This document shows positions 1-6,625 of a DNA stretch of 15,724 nt, piece by piece (within the stretch, counting starts at the first letter, position 1; each line of letters opens with the position of its first letter). The DNA lies in assembly GCA_046318155.1 (NCBI GenBank), contig JBKCUU010000121.1, forward strand, positions 1 through 15,724, read 5' to 3'. The DNA comes from Bdellovibrio sp. GTDB taxonomy: Bacteria; Bdellovibrionota; Bdellovibrionia; Bdellovibrionales; Bdellovibrionaceae. The notes under the pieces were generated by a model. The model saw nothing but the letters and a program-made list of their open reading frames with translations, ran no database searches and was not told where the DNA came from. The position numbers and the translations under genes are program-made.

Positions 1-27
1 CATCAGGGCCCATCCGAGAAAGAGGAT

Positions 28-417
28 CTAGTGAAGAGCAGTCGGAGCGATGAGGTAGAATTCGGGGATTTGGATTTCGAAGCTTTCGCCGATGTCGGAG
101 ACCATTTGGTAGGTGCCGCGCATTTGGCCTGAGGAGGTGACCAATGGGCAGGCGCTTTCGTATTCGAAATGTTGGCCCGGTTGAATCTTGGGCTGAAGAC
201 CAACGACGCCGGCGCCGCGGACTTCTTCGACCCGCCCCAAAGAATCGGTGATGATCCAGTGGCGCGACATCAGTTGAGCTGCCGAAGAACCCTTGTTCAT
301 GATGTGAATCTTGTAGGCAAAAAAGAATTGGTTCTGATCGGGGCGGCTTTCGCGCTCAACATAGGTGACCGAAACTTTGACTTCAAAATGGGGATTGATC
401 TGCTTCTGCATCGACAT
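28..417 (-). CDS. apaG: ApaG (CorD) protein
   Basis: Family motifs FAYKIHIMN, AQLMSRHWIITD, EEVRGAGVVGLQP, FEYESACPL, GQMRGTY. Start moved from the TTG at 453 to ATG 417 (or 411) because the TTG lies in a -35 box. Confidence 0.95.
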   Translation of the reverse strand: MSMQKQINPHFEVKVSVTYVERESRPDQNQFFFAYKIHIMNKGSSAAQLMSRHWIITDSLGRVEEVRGAGVVGLQPKIQPGQHFEYESACPLVTSSGQMRGTYQMVSDIGESFEIQIPEFYLIAPTALH

Positions 418-424
418 CGAGACG

Positions 425-453
425 AATCTAAAGTTTTGCCTCTTGGGCGTCAA
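425..453 (-). promoter_or_regulatory. Putative sigma70 promoter of apaG (probably leaderless)
   Basis: Minus strand TTGACG(453-448)-N17-TAGATT(430-425)-N7-ATG(417). Confidence 0.65.
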
Positions 454-462
454 GTCGGGCGA

Positions 463-1494
463 TCAAAAGACGGCAATTCTGGCCAATTCAAAGACCAAAG
501 GGTAGTGGTCGGATGGGAGCAGCATTTTGGCGTCTAGCGTCGTAGGGGGGTCGAAGGCTTGGCCCAGGTGGTCTTTGTAGCGGTAGACCCGCACGGACTC
601 CTTCACCAAATGATTTTGGAGCAAAGGCGATAGAAAGCAGTAGTCAATTTGGCGTCCGTCCACGCGTTGCGCGCGCGAGACTTGATAATAAGTGGCGCGT
701 TGATCCAGCGGGAGGTTCGCGAGCTCGCAGACATCTTCGAGTTTTGTTTTCTCATAGATCTGTTTGAACTCAGCTTCGGTGTTATTTTTTGAGGCCAAGC
801 CATTCAGGTCACCCGCGACCATGATGGGGACTTTGTTTTCAAACTTTTGCTCAAGCTCTTGGTACACTTCGATCAAAGCGGTGCACTCGGCCTGACGGCG
901 TTCAAATCCACCGGGATCTTTAAACTCGGGATCCAAACGCGATTTTAAATGTGCCAGCACAATCACCATAAAGGGATGACTGCGATCTCTTAAAAACAAA
1001 TGCAGCTCGGCCGCATCCCGCGAAAATTTATGGCTGACGATGGGTTTGCCACCTAGAGTGGTCATTCCGGCTTGCAAAGAGTCACGTTCGTGCGGGTACA
1101 AATAATTGAGGCTGCGATTTTTATTGGTGGTCAGATCAAAATAAACGCCGAGGTCTTTGCGAACCAAAAAGCCCACATCGATATGGCGATTCGAGTTGCC
1201 CTCGACGAGCGCCGCCGAATACTGGTCGTTCAAAAACAACTGACTAAAGTTTCGCAAGCTCTCGAGCCCGCCGACTTCACACAGTAAAATCAGATCGGGT
1301 TTGGTTTCGCGAACGACTTGCGCCAAGGCCTTGGCTTTTTGTAGTGGCTTATTGCTGTAAACGGAGGTTGAGAGCTTTTGCCACTGGATTTCATCCAGCT
1401 TTAAATGCTCGGCCCCCAGCTGCTGATCCGACAGCAGAAACAAGTTCTCGGCATTTAACAAAAGAACCCGCAGGTTCATAGTTAGAGGAGTCAC
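463..1494 (-). CDS. Endonuclease/exonuclease/phosphatase (EEP, DNase I-like) family protein
   Basis: Motifs LLNAENLF, PDLILLCEV, AHLKS, VAGDLN, IDYCFLS, PSDHYPL. No signal peptide. Start is GTG 1494 or ATG 1479. Confidence 0.9.
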   Translation of the reverse strand: MTPLTMNLRVLLLNAENLFLLSDQQLGAEHLKLDEIQWQKLSTSVYSNKPLQKAKALAQVVRETKPDLILLCEVGGLESLRNFSQLFLNDQYSAALVEGNSNRHIDVGFLVRKDLGVYFDLTTNKNRSLNYLYPHERDSLQAGMTTLGGKPIVSHKFSRDAAELHLFLRDRSHPFMVIVLAHLKSRLDPEFKDPGGFERRQAECTALIEVYQELEQKFENKVPIMVAGDLNGLASKNNTEAEFKQIYEKTKLEDVCELANLPLDQRATYYQVSRAQRVDGRQIDYCFLSPLLQNHLVKESVRVYRYKDHLGQAFDPPTTLDAKMLLPSDHYPLVFELARIAVF

Positions 1495-1499
1495 ACTCC

Positions 1500-2639
1500 T
1501 CAGTGTAGAAAAACGGGGCCGCAGAGTCGAGAGCCGAAGACCCGTGTACGCAGCGAGTTGATCGCTTTTTCAACGGGACTGATCAAAAATCTGAACGTGT
1601 CCATCCCGAAGCCTGTTTCGATGCGCACGAAGCCCTTCAGCATCGGAGACACCGTGATTCTGATGAGCACCTTGTTGTCGAGCGAGTTGGTGTACGTCAG
1701 CAAGTCGCCCAAAGGTGAGGGGGGCCACGTCAGTCCTGAGCTGATTCCGGTCTGAAACTGACTGGGCATCACCGCCGTGTAAGCGGGAACCATCGGGGGA
1801 TAAAAACTAATGCCTTTGCGAGCCATTTCACCAGGACGTTGATTCGAGAGGTACATCCCGGCTTTGCCTAAAACTCCCGCAACAAAGACGGCTTGTATTG
1901 TGGTGCTTTGAAAACGCTCAATATCCCGAAAGACTTGAATGGCAATGGCTCGAGTATCGCGGTTGTAGCCAATTGAAATTCCGATATCAAACAAGCCACC
2001 GCGGCCACGGTTCTCGGTGCCAGCCAAAAGCTCCACACCGGCCGAAGCCATGATTCCGAATTCATTTGAATGGGCAAAAAGCAAAGCTTGAAACCAGAGC
2101 TTGCGGTCGAGGGCCGTTAAAAATCCTTGGATCATGTTTTCAGAGCGGCTCTTCAGCGTGAGGCGCGCCAGTTCTTCGGCTTCCAGGGCTCGTTGTTCGA
2201 GAGTGCGATCGCGCGCGGCGAGCGCATCCTTCTGGCCGGTCGTATCAAGCTCAAGAATGCTTTTCATCGCGCGGTCATCGCGCCAAGATCTGAGGCCAAA
2301 TTTAATTTTTTCTTTAACCAAACTTCCAATCCCAAAGCCGTATTTCATCACTTGGAGTGCGCGGGCCACCTGGCTGAGAAAAACAGCTCGGTTATGAATA
2401 AAGACATCACGTTCTTGGGCGCTCAGCTGTTCAAAGTGGGCGCGTTCGACCGAGCCGGCAGAGGGGTCCTGTAATTTATAGACACGAAGTCCGACTTTGA
2501 TTTCAAGTTCTTGATTTTCGTGCGTGGTGGTCGCTGCCGGCGCGTCCATTTCCACATCAGGATCGTGGGCAAAGGCCGGCGCAGCCATGAGCATCATAGC
2601 AAAGACCTGCAAAAGGCGAGAGGTGAGTAAACGGACCAT
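1500..2639 (-). CDS. Secreted hypothetical protein
   Basis: Long ORF. GGAGAG SD precedes ATG 2639. Sec-type signal peptide (MVRLLTSRLLQVFAMMLMAAPAFA/HD). Helical N-half, Gly/aromatic beta-rich C-half, ends RLCGPVFLH. No family recognised. Confidence 0.75.
   Translation of the reverse strand: MVRLLTSRLLQVFAMMLMAAPAFAHDPDVEMDAPAATTTHENQELEIKVGLRVYKLQDPSAGSVERAHFEQLSAQERDVFIHNRAVFLSQVARALQVMKYGFGIGSLVKEKIKFGLRSWRDDRAMKSILELDTTGQKDALAARDRTLEQRALEAEELARLTLKSRSENMIQGFLTALDRKLWFQALLFAHSNEFGIMASAGVELLAGTENRGRGGLFDIGISIGYNRDTRAIAIQVFRDIERFQSTTIQAVFVAGVLGKAGMYLSNQRPGEMARKGISFYPPMVPAYTAVMPSQFQTGISSGLTWPPSPLGDLLTYTNSLDNKVLIRITVSPMLKGFVRIETGFGMDTFRFLISPVEKAINSLRTRVFGSRLCGPVFLH
1502..1530 (-). promoter_or_regulatory. 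Putative internal sigma70 promoter of the EEP gene
   Basis: Minus strand TCGACT(1530-1525)-N17-TACACT(1507-1502)-N7-GTG(1494). It lies in the 3' end of the upstream gene. Confidence 0.4.
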
Positions 2640-2773
2640 CGATCTCTCCAAAGTAACGGACGGAGTCTTCTCCAGCTAGGGCACACGGTACAAATTCAGT
2701 ACCGCGGTGAGGTTCCTCTAGATTGACTGGGGGCCCGATGGGGCTGCCCAGGATTTCGACACAGAGCCCTTTC

Positions 2774-2802
2774 TTGACCCCTTTAGAGGCGGTGCCTAAG
2801 CT
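2774..2802 (+). promoter_or_regulatory. Putative sigma70 promoter of the aminopeptidase gene
   Basis: TTGACC(2774-2779)-N17-TAAGCT(2797-2802), followed by GGGGAGG SD (2822-2828). Confidence 0.65.
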
Positions 2803-2833
2803 CTTTCAGACAAAGCTGCCCGGGGAGGCCAAA

Positions 2834-4360
2834 TTGAGTCGCAAACGAGTTTCAATGTCTGATGTGATGCAAATTCCTTCGTCTTTTTTAAAAACCAATC
2901 AGGCACCCACAAAGCTGAACAAAAAAGTGGGTCAGCTTGTCGTGTTTGGTCTCGAAGACAAAAATGCCTTGTCGCAGCTTTTAGTCACAGCGGCCCCCGC
3001 GTGGAAACGCAGCCACGAAAACTTTTTGAACCGCGACAACTTTGCTCTTGAAACCGAGCACGGACCTTTGTGGATTTTGTACCGGCGTCGCCCGCAAGGA
3101 CCCTTTTCGCACTCGGGTGCCCTCGAAGAGCCTGATTATGCTTGGTACCGGGATCAAGCCGGCTGGGCCCTCGCTCAAATGAAAGCCTCGGGACTTGCGC
3201 ACGTGTTGATTGATTTTCGTGGGACGGACGAGTCCTCTGAACGCGGATTTTTAGTTGGCCTCGAGCTCGCCGCTTACAATTATAAAAGTTTGATTCTCAA
3301 AAAAGAGTTTGATGGTCTTCCGACATTCTCGATCAAAAAAATGCAAGGCACCTGGAACAAGTCGGTCCTTGAGCAAGCAGCCGTTGAAGGACAAGCTCTC
3401 AACATGGCCCGCCACTTGGTGAATGTGCCGCCTAATTTTGCCAATCCCACCAGCATCGCGCATTTTATTCGTTCCAAGTTTCCGAAATCAGCCGAGATGA
3501 AAATCGAAATCTGGGATGTGAAACGCCTCGAAAAAGAGGGCATGGGGTTGCACGTAGGTGTGGGCCAAGGTTCCTCGAATCCGCCCTGCATGATCCGGTT
3601 TCGTTACCGGCCCAAAGGCAAATCGCAACGGCCCATCGCCTTTGTTGGTAAAGGTGTGACTTTTGATACAGGCGGGCTTGATATAAAACCCTCGAGTGCG
3701 ATGCGCTTAATGAAAAAAGACATGGGCGGAGCTGCGGGGGTCGTGGGCCTCGCGCTTTATGCCGCGCTCTCAAAAATCAAAGTACCCATGGATTTTTATT
3801 TGGCCTTGGCCGAAAACAGCGTCGATGCGGCGAGTATGCGCCCCAGTGATGTTTTGCAGGCACGAAACGGCCAGTTGGTCGAAATCCACAACACCGATGC
3901 CGAGGGGCGCTTGGTGTTGGCTGACGTTTTGGATGTCGCCGTCACCGAAAAAGGCAAAAACGAACCGCAATTGGTAATCGATCTTGCGACTTTGACCGGC
4001 GCGATCAAAACGGCTCTCGGCACTGAAATTGGCGGTCTGTTTAGCAATCATGATGAGCTTGCGCGTGAGCTTGAATCCGCCGGGACTCGAACGGGAGATC
4101 TCAGCTGGCGGATGCCCCTGTACTCTCGTTACACGTCGTCGTTCTCAACCGCCTTTGGCGATATGGTCAATGCGGTCGATGGGTGGGGCGGACCGATTAC
4201 GGCGGCGCTCTTTCTCGAAAAATTTGTGCGCAACAAACCTTGGGCTCACTTTGATATCTATGCTTGGACCGACAAACCCTCAGGGGCGATGAGTTCCAGC
4301 GGCGGCAATGCTCAAAGCGTACAAAGTTTGATTGAGTTTTTAAAATCCAAACAAGCTTAA
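2834..4360 (+). CDS. M17-family leucyl aminopeptidase (PepA/PepB-like)
   Basis: Metal-binding and catalytic motifs VGKGVTFDTGGLDIKP, MKKDMGGAA, NTDAEGRLVLAD, DLATLTGA. Start is probably TTG 2834 (5 nt after GGAGG) or ATG 2855, not 2723. Confidence 0.95.
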   Translation: MSRKRVSMSDVMQIPSSFLKTNQAPTKLNKKVGQLVVFGLEDKNALSQLLVTAAPAWKRSHENFLNRDNFALETEHGPLWILYRRRPQGPFSHSGALEEPDYAWYRDQAGWALAQMKASGLAHVLIDFRGTDESSERGFLVGLELAAYNYKSLILKKEFDGLPTFSIKKMQGTWNKSVLEQAAVEGQALNMARHLVNVPPNFANPTSIAHFIRSKFPKSAEMKIEIWDVKRLEKEGMGLHVGVGQGSSNPPCMIRFRYRPKGKSQRPIAFVGKGVTFDTGGLDIKPSSAMRLMKKDMGGAAGVVGLALYAALSKIKVPMDFYLALAENSVDAASMRPSDVLQARNGQLVEIHNTDAEGRLVLADVLDVAVTEKGKNEPQLVIDLATLTGAIKTALGTEIGGLFSNHDELARELESAGTRTGDLSWRMPLYSRYTSSFSTAFGDMVNAVDGWGGPITAALFLEKFVRNKPWAHFDIYAWTDKPSGAMSSSGGNAQSVQSLIEFLKSKQA

Positions 4361-4398
4361 TTTGAAGCTTCAGCCAGCACCGCTTGGTCTTAAAAATC

Positions 4399-5790
4399 TT
4401 AGAATCCGAACAGGCCGTCTTTTTTAATAAGGGCGGCGACGCTGGCGGGGACAAGCGACTCCCAGGTTTTATCTTTTTTGAGAATGTCTTGCCTGACTTG
4501 TTCCGAGTGAATGTACTCGTCGGCTTCGGCGCAGCCGGCAAGATCGACGATCCACTTTTGATTGCGAAAGTATTGGTAGATCGGGAGCAGCGCGGGCTCT
4601 GGAAAAAAGCTTTGCGCCGTCGTGCACAGATCTTTGCTCTTGTGTGGATAGACAAACAAATGCGTGTGCGGATCTAAAAATTTACCCATCCCTTCAAGCA
4701 AGCCGCCTTCCAGATCTTTGTAGTGAGCGGGATCGAAGAGTCGATCCAAGTGGTTGGCCGGCATGATCAGCGCGAGCGGCGCGCCCGTCGAGTCTCGTAA
4801 AAATTGCTTCAAGCGATAGAACAAAAAGAAATTGCTGACCAAAACGTGATGGCCGGTCGAGGCCAAGGTGCGAACGCGGTCCAAAAAGTCTTTCTCATCC
4901 ACATTGCCATCAGCTTTGAGGCTGCGCATGGTGAGCTCAAAAAGAGCAAGCGGTTTTTCTTTGACCGCGGGAAACTCGTTCTGAAATTGCGCTTTGGCTT
5001 TCTCGAGGAGTTCAACATGCGTGCGAGTGACGGGGCGAAAGTTGCCCCGCTCAATCACCAGCGGTTTTTGAAACAGAGTATCGCCCAAGCTCAAGATCGA
5101 TTCATCAGGACCAAACAAGATCGCATCGGCAAGTCCGCGTTTGACGAGCTCTAAGTTCAGCAGGTGATTGTTCATGTGCCCCAGGTCAGGCCCTGTACAG
5201 CGAATCATGTCGATGGTCATTTGACCTTCGCGGATATTGTCGATGAGTGCGGGGACCAAAGTTTCGATTTTGTCAGAAGCGTAAAAGGCCGCCCAGGTCA
5301 GGTTGACGCCTAAAACGCCCAAAGTTTCTTGCTGCTGCAAGCGGTATTTGTCGAGCATGCGGACGTGCAAGACAATATCGTTATGCGGTCCTAAAGGTTT
5401 TTTTTGAAAACGAATTCCCATCCAGCCATGGCAGGTGCGGCGTTTTTTATCGCCGGTGGCGACGGTGTTGGCAAAAGCAAAAAAACTGGTCTGTGGGCCG
5501 CGCGTTTGATCGAGCCGGCGGTGCAAGAGGTGAAACTCTTTATCCAGCATCTTTCCAAGCCGGGATTCGCAAACGTAACGTCCACTTTCTTCGCGGCCGT
5601 AGATCTCGTCTGAGTACACCATGTCGTAAGCCGAAATAGTTTTAGCAATTGTTTGCGAAGCGTGGCCGGCTTGAAAGAAAAACCTCGCCACCTCTTGGCC
5701 CGCGCCGATCTCGGCAAAGGCGCCATAGATCTGGGGGTTTTTGTTAATTTCAAGCGCCTTGGCCAGTGTCGATTGCTGCAGTTTAGACAT
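4399..5790 (-). CDS. Uncharacterised nucleotidyltransferase-superfamily protein (CinA/PncC-like N-terminus + NadD/CoaD-like C-terminus)
   Basis: C-half has GNFRPVTRTH (GxFxPxTxxH, HIGH-type) and the NadD-like tail IHSEQVRQDI...WESLVPASVAALIKKDGLF. N-terminal AEIGAGQEVA...GHASQT...AY resembles CinA_C spacing. Confidence 0.7.
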   Translation of the reverse strand: MSKLQQSTLAKALEINKNPQIYGAFAEIGAGQEVARFFFQAGHASQTIAKTISAYDMVYSDEIYGREESGRYVCESRLGKMLDKEFHLLHRRLDQTRGPQTSFFAFANTVATGDKKRRTCHGWMGIRFQKKPLGPHNDIVLHVRMLDKYRLQQQETLGVLGVNLTWAAFYASDKIETLVPALIDNIREGQMTIDMIRCTGPDLGHMNNHLLNLELVKRGLADAILFGPDESILSLGDTLFQKPLVIERGNFRPVTRTHVELLEKAKAQFQNEFPAVKEKPLALFELTMRSLKADGNVDEKDFLDRVRTLASTGHHVLVSNFFLFYRLKQFLRDSTGAPLALIMPANHLDRLFDPAHYKDLEGGLLEGMGKFLDPHTHLFVYPHKSKDLCTTAQSFFPEPALLPIYQYFRNQKWIVDLAGCAEADEYIHSEQVRQDILKKDKTWESLVPASVAALIKKDGLFGF

Positions 5791-6388
5791 CTCGTGCTCC
5801 GGGAACTCGGTTCTCAGTTTTGACCCATCCTGTGATCGCGAGGCTCATGGCTTTTTCGACCGGGATATTAATTTCGGTGATCTGAGATTTTTCGACGAGC
5901 AGAGTGTAGCCCCCAAGACCGTAGCTGAAAGGAACGTAAACAGTGACTCGGTCTTGGGCAAGCTGACCGAGCGGCAAATCAACAAAGGTTTCACGCGTGA
6001 CGATGCCAAGCATGCGAATGCCCGTTGTCCCGATTGTGACCAAAACCACTTTTCCCATTTCTTTGGGATTTTTTTGCGAGAATAAATTCATCAGGTCGCG
6101 AAGCGGCGAGTACACCGCTTTTAAAAAGGGGACGCGCGTGAGTCTTTCTTCGAAGCTCATCAAAATGCGGCCGGTGAGGTAGTTGTTCAGCAAAAGACCG
6201 AACATATAAATCAAGACCAAGGTGAGCAAAAGGCCCAAGCCCGGGATGTAGGTGGGCAAAAGAATTCGTAAAAAAGACCCCAGCAAATTTTCGAGAATGA
6301 TGATCGCCGAGTACAGGATGTAAACGGTGAGTGTAATCGGGAGAAGGGTAATGAGACCGCGGAAGAACACCTTATTTATAGACGCCAT
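5783..6388 (-). CDS. DUF502 family membrane protein
   Basis: FFRGLITLLPITLT N-terminus, two TM segments, RVPFLKAVYS, VYVPFSYGLGGY, VEKAMSLAITG. Its stop overlaps the next gene by 8 nt. Start is ATG 6388 (or 6397). Confidence 0.88.
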   Translation of the reverse strand: MASINKVFFRGLITLLPITLTVYILYSAIIILENLLGSFLRILLPTYIPGLGLLLTLVLIYMFGLLLNNYLTGRILMSFEERLTRVPFLKAVYSPLRDLMNLFSQKNPKEMGKVVLVTIGTTGIRMLGIVTRETFVDLPLGQLAQDRVTVYVPFSYGLGGYTLLVEKSQITEINIPVEKAMSLAITGWVKTENRVPGARDV

Positions 6389-6395
6389 GGGCCTC

Positions 6396-6425
6396 ATCTT
6401 AGTCGAGTGTCTCATTTTGTGTCAC
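6396..6425 (-). promoter_or_regulatory. Putative sigma70 promoter of the DUF502 operon (probably leaderless)
   Basis: Minus strand GTGACA(6425-6420)-N18-TAAGAT(6401-6396)-N7-ATG(6388). Confidence 0.5.
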
Positions 6426-6494
6426 GCGGATCCTGCGGGTCTCAGCCTGACACGATCGGCATGGGTCGGTCTGAGAATCCGGCGATCTTGAGAC
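6409..6494. promoter_or_regulatory. Cluster of GTCTCA-N3-TGAGAC-like dyads and half-sites
   Basis: GTCTCAtttTGTGTC (6409-6423), GTCTCAgccTGACAC (6439-6453), TGAGAA (6472-6477) and TGAGAC (6489-6494), all in a divergent intergenic region. Confidence 0.5.
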
Positions 6495-6515
6495 TAAGAT
6501 TTGCCTAAAGGCCCT

Positions 6516-6542
6516 TAACTCGACTGGACTTTCATCCGAAAG
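6516..6542 (+). promoter_or_regulatory. Putative sigma28 (FliA)-type promoter of the subtilase gene
   Basis: TAAC(6516-6519)-N15-TCCGAAAG(6535-6542) versus consensus TAAA-N15-GCCGATAA. Confidence 0.45.
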
Positions 6543-6578
6543 GAATCAAAGAACGCAGTTCTGTTGGTTCAACGCGGC

Positions 6579-6614
6579 CCCGCTGGGGCCTTTGTTAACT
6601 AAGCCCGCTGGGGC
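6579..6614 (+). repeat. 11-bp direct repeat CCCGCTGGGGC x2, each copy within a hairpin
   Basis: Copies at 6579-6589 and 6604-6614, within GGCCCC-GCT-GGGGCC and AGCCC-GCTG-GGGCT. Confidence 0.7.
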
Positions 6615-6625
6615 TGGGAGCACTC

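Noticed and set aside
1..27. Possible start of a gene downstream of apaG (ATG at 13 or 3, minus strand)
   Set aside because: Too little sequence at the window edge to support a call.
463..1494. EEP protein as part of an anti-phage defence or retroelement system
   Set aside because: There is no reverse transcriptase or defence partner nearby, and the context is housekeeping.
2740..2760. GGGGCTGCCCAGGATTTCGAC resembles a tmRNA 5' end
   Set aside because: I found no T-arm or acceptor 3' end downstream. The sequence runs into the aminopeptidase promoter and CDS.
2723..2833. N-terminal extension of the aminopeptidase in the ORF track
   Set aside because: The promoter (2774-2802) and SD (2822-2828) lie inside it, so the true start is downstream.
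4354..4398. AAGCTT repeats and TGAAGCTTCA palindrome between convergent genes
   Set aside because: The stem is weak and has no U-tract, so it cannot be supported as a terminator.
6547..6625. c-di-GMP-I (GEMM) riboswitch upstream of the PilZ protease
   Set aside because: It lacks the GGCAAACC/GNRA-receptor pattern of that class.
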